From: Polyangiaceae bacterium | GTDB lineage: Bacteria; Myxococcota_A; Polyangia; Polyangiales; Polyangiaceae | Direction of reading: 5' to 3' | Length of the DNA stretch: 64,000 bases | NCBI GenBank assembly: GCA_965222375.1 | Contig: CBDCTZ010000011.1 | Location: forward strand, 480,001 to 544,000 | Shown here: positions 18,635-28,100 of the stretch, in pieces | Numbering within the stretch: position 1 is the stretch's first letter | Layout: each line of letters begins with the position of its first letter | Program-made: the position numbers and the translations under genes | The notes under the pieces: generated by a model | What the model was told of the DNA's origin: nothing | Databases searched by the model: none | The model's input: the letters and a program-made list of their open reading frames with translations, nothing else

Positions 18635-19330
18635 ATGCGGCTGGTGCCAAGTTCATACCGCGGGTTCACGTCCTGCCTTGTCGGGCTGCACTGCACCCTG
18701 CTTGCGCCGGATTCCGACGGCATCGTTCGTCAGGGGAAGAACGGAGGCGCGGGCACCGGGGGAGTCTCGTCGGACGCTGCGGGGGGACGCGGCTGCTGCC
18801 GCCGGTGGGTTCGACAGTAGCCCGGGTGGCGGAGCTGGGCTCGGCGACGGGACAGGGTTCGGCGACTTCAGTAAAGGATTGCGCGCGTTCATCCTCGCGC
18901 GGATGAACGGCGTGGCGCACTACCACCTGCTGGACTTGAATGCTAAAGGGACTTCCAGGACGTTTCGATTCGGAATGAACGGGCCTGGAGAATTGCAGTA
19001 CCGTGCGGGGGACATCACGCTTATCTCTGGCCCTTCGGCCTTCGCTACGAGTGTCCCGTTCCTGTTCTCCATCGTCCACGAGCCGACCGGGGACGCGGAA
19101 ATGAGAGTGAACGGCAGTTTCGAGAAGAGCACGAAGATGCCGCTACCCAGTAATGGAGTCCACGGTGAAAACTACATCGGCTTCCATGACATGTCAGATA
19201 GTGCGCCCAGTGCGAGCGGCTGGTACGGCGCGATCATCATGTACAATCGGGCAATCGGGCTGTTACGACCCAAGAACGAGCGCAAATCGAGTCCTATCTG
19301 GCAAAGAAGTGGGAATGCTGTGGAAACTAG
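18635..19330 (+). pseudogene. LamG/concanavalin-like lipoprotein pseudogene
   Basis: Lipoprotein-like start plus Gly linker, beta-rich domain, YNRA then frameshift to VTTQERAQIESYLAKKWECCGN*. Confidence 0.6.
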
Positions 19331-19719
19331 GCTTGGGTCTCCGCAATACCGCCCAGGCGAGTAGTGGCTTGCCTGGACCGGTTTTTGTTCCTCGTATGCT
19401 CGCGTTGGCTCAACGACCACACGCCTCGACGCGCCGCTAGACCCGCATGACTACGAACTCCCTCACGATCTTCGTCGCCGCTCTTTTCGTCGGATGCTCC
19501 GGAAGCTCTGATGGTGACCCGGGAGGTAGCTCGGGTGCAGCACCCGTAGTGTGAGGAGCCGGTTGCGGTAGTCCCGCACGTCCGGATCTGTGGGAGGCCT
19601 GGAAGGGAAACCGACCAGGCCCACCCGAGCGGCATTGGGGCGGCGTTGGTGCACTTCTCTCGTGCGAGGGCGAGCGCTGCCAGTCGCGAAAGTGCAGCGA
19701 GATCCACGCGGCGAGACCA

Positions 19720-20868
19720 TCACGAGCAAACCCGCGCGAGCCAATTCTCCAACCGATCCACTATCGCCGGATACGCGAACCGGTCCTCAGCGCGCTTACG
19801 CCCAGCGATCGACATCTCTTGCCAGCGATCCGGCGCGTCCAGGAGCTCTGCAATCGCGTTCCCCAGCGCGTGCGGCTCGCGCGCAGTGAGCACGCCGACG
19901 TCCGGTGTCACGATGGAGGCGACGCCACCTCCGTCAAAGGCCACCGGCGGTGTACCGCCCGCGAGAGCTTCGGCGTAGATGATCCCAAAGTGTTCCTTCT
20001 TCTCGGGCGCCGCCACCAGCAGGCGCGCCCGGTTGATGAGCCGCGCTTTGTCCTCTGATGATACGAAGCCCAGGAAGCGCGCGCGGTCGCCCGCCAGTTG
20101 CTCCAGTTCCTCACGCTGATCGCCGTCACCGATGAAAACGGTCAGCGCCGCGCCCGAGTAGCCCTGAGATGCGGCCACTACGTTTTGAGGACCCTTTGAC
20201 TGGGTGAGCGCACCCGGGCAGATCACATAGGTCTCGGGCAGATCGTACTTCGCCGCAATGTCTGCGGTGTTTTCTGGATGAAACTCCGCAATGTCCACCC
20301 CGCAAGGCATCACCAAGAAGCGCTCCCGCGGCTGGTCGACGATCGGGCGCACCAGCTCGTCGCGTACGTATTCGGTGGTCACCAAGATCCCCGCTGCGGC
20401 TTCGATGGCTTCTTGGATGAGTTTCCACACAGCGTCGTCGAACCCTCCGTGGTGGCGCGGCTCGATCCCGGTGCCGTGCACAAACAACACGAAGGGCTTG
20501 CCGTGGCGGCGCGCCACATCGTGGGCGGCGATGGCCGTCAGGTTCGCGTGATGGGCATAGATGACGTCAACGTCGTCGATCACGCTCTCGAGCGCCTGCA
20601 CATACGCAGGCACGTAGGCCAGGGCCTCCTCCGCGCCCATCTTCGAGACCGCACGCTGGCTGCCGCTCGCCGACGGCAAGTACTCGTGCACCGGTACCAC
20701 TTGCGTGCGCAGCTCCACGTCGACGCAGGTCGCCTGCGGCACGCTGTCGCTCGCGCCCGGATGAATGAAGTAGATCTTGTGCCCACGCTGGGCGAGATGG
20801 CGCGCGTGTTGGCGCGCGACTTCACCGCTTCCACGTCCTCGGTTGAGCAGCAAGATGGCAACACGCAT
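19720..20868 (-). CDS. Family 4 glycosyltransferase
   Basis: GRGSG, FVHGT, CGVD..F, KGP, EHFGIIYAEALAGGTP. Confidence 0.9.
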   Translation of the reverse strand: MRVAILLLNRGRGSGEVARQHARHLAQRGHKIYFIHPGASDSVPQATCVDVELRTQVVPVHEYLPSASGSQRAVSKMGAEEALAYVPAYVQALESVIDDVDVIYAHHANLTAIAAHDVARRHGKPFVLFVHGTGIEPRHHGGFDDAVWKLIQEAIEAAAGILVTTEYVRDELVRPIVDQPRERFLVMPCGVDIAEFHPENTADIAAKYDLPETYVICPGALTQSKGPQNVVAASQGYSGAALTVFIGDGDQREELEQLAGDRARFLGFVSSEDKARLINRARLLVAAPEKKEHFGIIYAEALAGGTPPVAFDGGGVASIVTPDVGVLTAREPHALGNAIAELLDAPDRWQEMSIAGRKRAEDRFAYPAIVDRLENWLARVCS

Positions 20869-20914
20869 GCCGTGATTCTACCTCACGTCGTGGGCGCTTG
20901 CCCTCGAGTGTTCA

Positions 20915-21295
20915 CTTGGTCAGAATCGCGGTTACGGATTTGCGACTTGCCGGGTGGGCAAAGGCCACCGGTACGCGTGGTCGCTACGGCGCTGCTGGCA
21001 CGCCGGACTACATGACTCCAGAGCAAGTCAAAGGAACCCGTCCCCCACCGGAATTGGCGTCGCGGACGGATGTGTGCGAGTGCTCGCCTTTGAGCTACTA
21101 ACTTCTGAAATGCCGTTTCGCGGCAAGTCCGTCACGGACGTGCTCGTGCAACATGCCGAAGATCCGCCGTCCGAACCAAGTGAACGGAGGGAGGACTTGC
21201 CCGACGCATTTGACGCCGCCATCTTGCAGGCACTCTCGAAGGACCCCGCTGAGCGTCCAGTCTCGGCACTTGCCTTTCCGGAGAATCTAGAGGCC
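20915..21295 (+). pseudogene. Ser/Thr protein kinase C-lobe fragment, frameshifted
   Basis: GTPDYMTPEQ...RTDV / FELLTSEMPFRG...ALSKDPAERP in two frames; no N-lobe. Confidence 0.8.
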
Positions 21296-21538
21296 GCGCG
21301 CCAGCCACCCAAGGCCGACTGCAATGCCTGACTGGTCCCAAATGCCCCGGTCCTGCTCTTCCAACAGGAGCAGACCGCCGCCGCCGTCCTGGCGAGATGT
21401 CATGCGGGCCATGTGCAGGTGCACCAGCTCCGCGCCCGCCCCAGGCGCTTGTAAACATCCCATTTGGTGCGACAGGCTGGCCACGAGCCGGCCGTATTCG
21501 TACCGAAAGAAGCGCTCGACCAGGGTGGGCGTGGTCAG
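21290..21538 (-). pseudogene. ECF42-type (YciI-linked) sigma factor remnant with large internal deletion
   Basis: LVERFFRYEYGRLVASL joined to LHMARMTSRQDGGGGLLLLEEQDRGIWD; follows YciI gene. Confidence 0.7.
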
Positions 21539-21879
21539 GGGGTGTGGATCTCCCGGACTTCAACGCTGGAGCCGGGCATCGCCACGCCAGGGCTCTCCCG
21601 TACGACCTCCATCGCTTTTTCCATGTTTTCGGCCTCGATGATCATGAACCCGCCGACCGCTTCTTTGGCTTCGACTAAAGGCCCGTCCGTGGCTCCCTCG
21701 GAGGTGACGATCTTGCCGCCACCCGTCAGTTTTCCGCCCATGTCGACGATGTTGCTCGCAAACTTGTCCTTCCAAGCGTTGAACTTGGCGTACATCGCCT
21801 CCAATTGGGCCGGCGAGGGCTTCTCACCACCGCGATTCCCGGGCTGGCTTCGCTGAATGCATAGGTACTTCTGGCTCAC
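21535..21879 (-). CDS. YciI/DGPF-family protein
   Basis: TDGPLVEAKEAVGGF.II, SVEVREI; GTG start with RBS GAGGAG. Confidence 0.85.
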   Translation of the reverse strand: MSQKYLCIQRSQPGNRGGEKPSPAQLEAMYAKFNAWKDKFASNIVDMGGKLTGGGKIVTSEGATDGPLVEAKEAVGGFMIIEAENMEKAMEVVRESPGVAMPGSSVEVREIHTP

Positions 21880-22324
21880 GATGCGTTCTCCTCGGGTTGG
21901 GTCGACAGCCTCGACTGATACCCTATGACGCGCGAGATGCGCGGTCTTGGACACCTCGCCGCACTTTTCCGAAACCGCCCGTTTCTGTGGGTTTTTTCCG
22001 CCTTCTGGGGCCGAGGAGCCTGGGCTGCCGCTGCGAAACCGAAGGGATGGTCGGCCGAGCGCCCATGGAAGTAAGAACTGCGGTGGGTCGCCACCAACTC
22101 GTGATGGCGTCCCGCCCGTTGCCACGTGGTGGTGCCCACCTACGACACCTTCGAAGTCGACGCTCGCTTCGGCGCGCTGCCGGTCTGCGACTCGTCCGAC
22201 CGGGTCCGCCAACGAGTCGCCAGCGTCGAATTTTCGACGAGACAAGGCGCACGCCTTCGACGATACTCCCGCGACTCACCCGGCGAGCAGGTGCTCGCCG
22301 GGGTTAGCGCAAGGAGAAATGTTC

Positions 22325-22882
22325 ATGGGTATGTTCGTTCATCACGAGTTGAACACCAGCGATCCGGCCGCAGCGAAGAAGTTCTACAGAGGGCTCTTCG
22401 GCTGGAAGTTCGAAGACATGAAAATGCCGGACGGCAACGTCTACAGCATGTTCAAGGCCTCTGCCGATGAAGGCGGCGGCATCCAGAAGTCACCAATGCC
22501 CGGCACGCCGAACGCTTGGCTGCAATACATCGGCGTTCCGTCCGTGAAGAAGGCGATGGCCAAGGTCAAGAAGCTGGGCGGCAAGGTTGTCGTGCCCTTC
22601 ATGCCCGTGCCTGGCCACGGCGCTCTCGGCATTTTCCTTGATCCGACTGGTGCCAGCTGCGCCGTGTGGGAGGCCTCCGCGCCCACGCCAAAGAAGGCAT
22701 CCAAGAAGAAGGCATCCAAGAAGAAGGCTTCCAAGAAGCGAGTCGCGAAGAAGGCCGGCGCCAAGAAGAAGGCGACCCGGAAGCCCGCGAAAAAGAAGAC
22801 GGCGAAGCGCCCCGCCAAGAAGGCCGCCAAGCGCCCCGCCAAGAAGGCTGCGAAGCGCCGCGCGAAGAAGCGCGCGCGCTAG
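22325..22882 (+). CDS. VOC (glyoxalase/bleomycin resistance) protein with Lys/Ala-rich histone-H1-like tail
   Basis: HELNTSDPAAAKKFY.GLFGW, W..YIGV, DPTGA; ~65-aa KKA/PAKK tail; RBS AAGGAG. Confidence 0.9.
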   Translation: MGMFVHHELNTSDPAAAKKFYRGLFGWKFEDMKMPDGNVYSMFKASADEGGGIQKSPMPGTPNAWLQYIGVPSVKKAMAKVKKLGGKVVVPFMPVPGHGALGIFLDPTGASCAVWEASAPTPKKASKKKASKKKASKKRVAKKAGAKKKATRKPAKKKTAKRPAKKAAKRPAKKAAKRRAKKRAR

Positions 22883-23791
22883 GTCAGTCCGAATACGCAC
22901 CATCGGTCGGCGTTCACGCCAATTCCACCCCAGGGCAGCCGGCCTGCGCTGGCGGCGAGGGCGAGTCGATCGCTCAGTTCCCATCTGACGCCCCAACGGT
23001 TTCCCGTCGTCAGCATGTCGCCGGGATCCGTGTTCAGCTCGAGGGCCGGGCGCAAGGCCCAGGACGATGGCCCCTCGACCAGCGCGAGCAGGTGTGTATG
23101 GAACTTTCGGTCTCGGTCCCGCGAAGATCAAAGACGGCGACGCCGACCGCGCGGATGGGGTGCAGTGAACATCGTGGGCTTCGGTGTGTTCTACGAACCG
23201 TTGCACTTCGGGAAGTTTCGCTACTTCGGCGTGCTCTCGAGCCACAGCCGCCATCGGTCAGACGTTGTCCCGGCGCAGGCTGACCCAGAGCGCTTCGCCC
23301 CCGCGCCCGCCTCGGGCGACCAGCTCGAGCTGTTCGAAGCGCAAACCCAAAAACGCTCCCGCTGGGGCTGGCTCCTCCGCCACGTGTTTCGCGCCGACGT
23401 CGAGACTTGCAGTCACCGCGGCGGACCGATGCGACGCGCTTCGCGATACCCGAAGGAGTGATGGGTCGAGGCGGCCACGACCCTCGGCGCCATCGCCCGC
23501 TTGCTCGCCGAGCAGGATGGGCTCGGCCCGCGAGCACCACCGAGGGCATCGGCAGCTGAGACATTTGGGCAACTCCAGTTGCCGTTCGCGAGTGGCTGAG
23601 CGGGCTCCAGCGAGCAGCTCGGGCAGGCCTGCGCGCCGTCGCCCGCCGGAGCTCCGCTTCGCTCGCGCATCTCCGCCAAGCCGACTTGACATCGCAAGCT
23701 GGCCCGCCTTGAGCGATGCTGTCTCCAAGATACCAGCCTGCTGGCCTACTTTGGCGTTTTCGCAAATCCGCAGTTCGTTCTTCCTATGCGT
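22360..23791 (+). repeat. Direct repeat copy 1 (1432 bp): VOC gene body, gene fragments, IS91 3' end and oriIS-like terminus
   Basis: Near-identical to 33868..35268; visible indels (-15,-24,+1,-2,+9) account for the 31-bp length difference. Confidence 0.95.
23219..23791 (+). mobile_element. IS91/ISCR transposase 3' remnant with oriIS-like end
   Basis: RYFGVLSSHS...WGWLLRHVFRADVETCSH.GGPMR..WVEAATT..AIARLL...QLQLPF*; ends TTCGTTCTTCCTATGC. Confidence 0.8.
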
Positions 23792-24054
23792 TCATCTATC
23801 TGGGCATCGAGATCATCCAAGCGCCCACCCGACCGGGCCCAATTTCACGCGCTCTATCCGACGGCGTAAATCCGGGCATCACTCACGCGCAAATATGGGC
23901 ACCTCCGCCATGCCGCCCACTTAGACGCCGTTTCGGATGCCCGCTGACACTGGGTGCAGGGTCGCGGCAACATGGCGGCAACGGGACGGGCGTCGTAGTG
24001 CCAAGTTGCGCCTCACGTTGCCCATCTTCCACACGTCGAGCCGGGCCGTGTTCC

Positions 24055-24447
24055 TCAGCAACCGCCGAAGCACGCGCAGTTGGCCGCCTTTTCCTCGTCG
24101 GCGCACAAGGCACCGCGAATGTGGTGTGGGGGCGAGGCCGAGCAATCGAAATTCCACCGCTGAGAAATACAAGCACCGAAGACATCGAATCTGGCACCGC
24201 ATGCTTCCGGTTCTTCCGATCCAAGGATGGGTGCCAGACAATCCTGAACGCAGGTGCTGGAGGTGTTCAAGCAACTGTTGTCCAGGCTGTCGCATATGTC
24301 GCTACAGCCTGGGAAGCCTGGCGATGGGTCCTGCGCGGTTTCACCGCTGCACCCGGCGAGAGCGACGCCTGCCAGCAAAGCGACCGCCCGGATGGTCCAG
24401 TGAATGCGCGCCGGGCTTGCGCTGGGTGCTCGGCCCAGCTCGGTCAC
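24055..24447 (-). CDS. Small Cys-rich lipoprotein (paralog B)
   Basis: Lipobox LAGC; PGFPGCS.IC...ANCACFGGC*. Confidence 0.7.
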   Translation of the reverse strand: MTELGRAPSASPARIHWTIRAVALLAGVALAGCSGETAQDPSPGFPGCSDICDSLDNSCLNTSSTCVQDCLAPILGSEEPEACGARFDVFGACISQRWNFDCSASPPHHIRGALCADEEKAANCACFGGC

Positions 24448-24475
24448 GTTGAAGCGCTCGGCGCCGGCTACCACG

Positions 24476-24871
24476 TCAACACTCCCCAAAGCAGGCGCAA
24501 TTTGCCACACGGGCGTCTTCCTCACAGCCGGGTTCCCAAGCGTGGACTGACGGAGACTTCGAGCATGCGAGTGACCACCTACGAACAATGCACTGCGCAA
24601 ATGGATCCCAGGACACGCCACACGCTTCCGGTGTCTCGGATGCCAGAATGGGCGCCATACACTCTTGAATGCAGGTGGGAGACGGGTTGGCACACGAGCG
24701 TACAATGTCCGCGCACAATTGTGAGCAGCCCTGAAAGCCGGGCGGCTTGTCGTCGGTGGTTTGGCCACTGCAAGCAACCGCGCACGCCAGCGGGCAAGGC
24801 ACGCAGACGAGACACGGCGACAGCTTCGTCAGGAGGGACTCAAGCACGGGCGTGTCTCCGCCGGCCGCCAA
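24476..24871 (-). CDS. Small Cys-rich lipoprotein (paralog A; start uncertain)
   Basis: AVAC; PGFQGCS.LC...ANCACFGEC*. Confidence 0.65.
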   Translation of the reverse strand: MAAGGDTPVLESLLTKLSPCLVCVPCPLACAVACSGQTTDDKPPGFQGCSQLCADIVRSCANPSPTCIQECMAPILASETPEACGVSWDPFAQCIVRRWSLACSKSPSVHAWEPGCEEDARVANCACFGEC

Positions 24872-24909
24872 CAGCTGAGCGAAGGGAAAAATCGCCGCCG
24901 GCTGGTGGT

Positions 24910-25188
24910 TCAGAACCGCTCGGGCGGTTCGTCGGCCTCCAACGCTGAAAGGTAGTCAAATGGCTGGTTGTGCTCATACTTGCCCTGATACGTTCTCAGA
25001 TTGAACTTTATCGATTCCAATGAATCCGCGTTCCAGTCGTTCAAGTAGCCGGGAACCACTTCGAGCGCGTCCGCAAGGTCGGCCAATTGCTCGTGCCTTG
25101 CGGCCATCGCCAAGAGTCGTGCTTCGACCCACCCCCGATGCAGCACATAGAGAACACGCCTTCGTAGTCGCTCGTCGAGTTTGGTCAT
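24910..25188 (-). CDS. Probable immunity protein of the RHS toxin
   Basis: 92-aa helical-looking ORF starting 5 nt after the toxin stop, with RBS inside the toxin end. Confidence 0.7.
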   Translation of the reverse strand: MTKLDERLRRRVLYVLHRGWVEARLLAMAARHEQLADLADALEVVPGYLNDWNADSLESIKFNLRTYQGKYEHNQPFDYLSALEADEPPERF

Positions 25189-25192
25189 CCGA

Positions 25193-28100
25193 CTATCCTC
25201 CAAAAGGCAGTAGCGGAATCGGCGTCGTTGGCAACTGCCCTGGCTGGCCTAGCGGTTCGACGCTTATGGGGGGTGGTTCGGATCCACTGAGTGTCGGCGC
25301 CAAATTGCGATCCAAGTATCGGCTGTCGCGCGGGATCGAGGGCTTTGGAGAATTGAGTCGGTCAAGCGGTATCCGCGTGGTGATCGGCTTGTGACCTTGA
25401 CGAAAGATCGTGGCGGGGACATCAGACAAGCCAGCCTCGCGCGCTGCAAGCGAGCGTCGGACTCCGTCTTGGATGTAGTACTGGGCGTTTGGTCCGGCGT
25501 TTGCGACACCGATCCCCCGTGCCGCCGAGGCCGCCTCTGCACCGGCGGCCGTTCGCACGATTGCGCCCGATCCTTTTATAATCGCGCCCCCCATCACAAA
25601 GAAGTCCCCGACTAGACCCACCGTGGCAATAGCTTTTGCTGCGTGAGACGCGTTGGGGTCGTAGATAACCCGCAGGTTTCCGTAGAACGGAATGTAGCTC
25701 GCTGCTGAACTGGGTGAGATCAACGGACCGCGCTCGGGAAAGCCGACGCGCGTCACGGGTAGGCCCTTGAGCAGGTCGCGAATTCCTCTGTCTCTCAAAT
25801 CAATCAGATTCGGGTCTTGTGTGAGTGCATCCCCGAACAGAAGCCCCGGCTCGCCCGCCGTTGCCACCCCGAATCCTCGCGTCAAACGTAGGGGCTGCTC
25901 GACGAAATTCGGACTCTCGGGGCGATTAGGGGAAGAGGTTGTCGGAGCGCTGTGGAGCGACGCTCCAATTAGTCCCGCGCCCAAGGCGCCGAGCTTCTCC
26001 AGTGCGAGTTGACACACGGCATTCAAGATGTCGCACGCGTAGACGGGTAACGGCACGAATCCCGACGGGTCTGTAAACGCAAGGGGATTGTTGTAGGCGT
26101 AGCTGTATCGGTTTAGACCTTGGGTGTCGGAGGAGGGCACGAGGGGATCTGCGCTGAGGAACCGGCCAGTGCGGGGATCGTAGTTACGAGCACCGACGTG
26201 GACGCCGGAAAGCTCGGGCGCTTCTTCGTGTCCACCGAATCCCAGAAGAGTGCCCTCGTAAGCCGGACTCTGAAACGAAACAGACTTGTGCCCAAACGGG
26301 TCAAAGGTCCTCCGTTCTAGCGGGGTTCCGTCCGGAGCCAGTACTACCTCAGGCGATCCAACCTGGTCCGTGAGCAGAAGCCGCACTTTTCGCGTTCCGC
26401 CGATGCTGACGACCTCCGCCGTCCCGCCGCCCGGCAGTGGCACCATGGCGGTCTCTCGGTCGTCCCCGTCCTCTTGAATCCGGTAGTAGAGTCCAGGGAA
26501 CCGGGTGACCGTGCGCGACGGGCCTCGGCTCCGCACCCGCTGCTGTAGTGCGTCGTAGTCATACTCCGTGGCCTGGGTGAGGGATGTGGTCCAGGATCGA
26601 GTGGGAGCTTGGAAGGAGTTGTAGTCGACGTGCAGCTCGCCTAGCGGTCCGGGGAGCCTCTCGGTCAATTGCCCCTTGCTGTCATACTTGAAAAGCTGCT
26701 GTGCGGTGCCGGAGACAATTTCCGTTACTGCGTGTGGGAGCGCACTCAGAGCGTAGTCATAGGCCCCCATTCCTGCCTTTGACTTGATGTTTCCGGATGG
26801 GAAGTAGTCGTGGGCAAGAGGGACCCCGTTGCGGTTCTCGTGGACGAGGCGCGCCTCCTCATCGTACGCAAACGTCCGATCGATGCCGGCGACAAGATCA
26901 ACGGAGCGACGCACGTTCCCTGAGTTGTCATACTCGAATGCCCGCTGCTGTTGCGCGATCAGCGGATTGACAAAAGCACTAATTGAGACGACACGACCGA
27001 TCTCTGGATCGTATGACCTTTCTCGCATGACGCTGCCGAGTGTCTCTCGGGTGAGTTGCCCGAAGTCATTGGTCTCCTCGAGGCGCCAAAGCGGAATACC
27101 CGAAGTGCCTTCCACGACCTCGGTGACGTTGCCCTCTTGATCATAGGAGTGTTGGGTCCGGACGGGCGTCGGCGCAGTTCTATTGGGATACTCGACGGTC
27201 TTTGGACGCTGGAACAGGTCTCGCGAAGTGATCGTCGTGGCGTATGTTTGTCCCCCAACTACGCGCGCGACTCTTTGCAGTCTGCCAAAGCCGTCGTACG
27301 TGAAGTTGACGCTCGTGCCCTGCGGTGTGGTTGCGGAGCTCAGGCCTGCGGCTGGACCGTCGTCCCACACGTAGGACGTGGGGGCCTGACCCGCCTCAGT
27401 TCGCAGCAGGATCCGACCGAGGTTGTCCCGAGCGCGAAACACGGTCACACCGTTCGCATCGGTGCTGGAGAAAAGCTCATCGAAGGCGGTGTAGGAATAG
27501 GTGCTCGAGCCGAGGTCGGGATCGCTGCGAGAAACGATGCGACCGCCTGTGTCGGTGGCGATTGTGGTCACGTTCCCATCTGCGTCGGTGACCTTTCGAA
27601 GGTGCCCAAAGGGCCCGTGCTCAAATGAGACCCGGCGTCTCGATGACAGCCCCTTGTGTAGCGCGGTCGCGACGGAGTCGCATGATTGATCGGTGTCGCT
27701 TGGCTGGGCTTCGTATGTGGATTGCAGCCGACCACGTTGGTCCGTCGTGCTGCAGTGCAGGTAGCCCCGGGCGTCCCGGAGGCACGTTGTGTTCCCGGCG
27801 TAACATGTAGAGCGCCGCGTCCCGTCGGGTAGAACAACTAGCGTCGGACGGTTCGCACCATCGTACGAGTACTTCGTGACCGGCGCGGAGCCAGTGCTTG
27901 GCCGCATGGTCTCGGCAACGCGGCCAAGAACGTCGAACCGAGTGACCTGTTGGAGTGTCTTGTCGAGCGCGGCGGTCTCTTGCCTGCGTGCGGCACGAGA
28001 GAGATTGTCGAACCAGGTTGTTACCGTCCCCCGACCTTCGGTTCGCGTTCGAACTCGATAGGGTTGATAAGGATTTGTGTCAGGCTCGTGCTCGATTACG

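Noticed and set aside
19384..19399. Third oriIS-like sequence TTTGTTCCTCGTATGC
   Set aside because: Only a short degenerate match, with no transposase 3' end upstream
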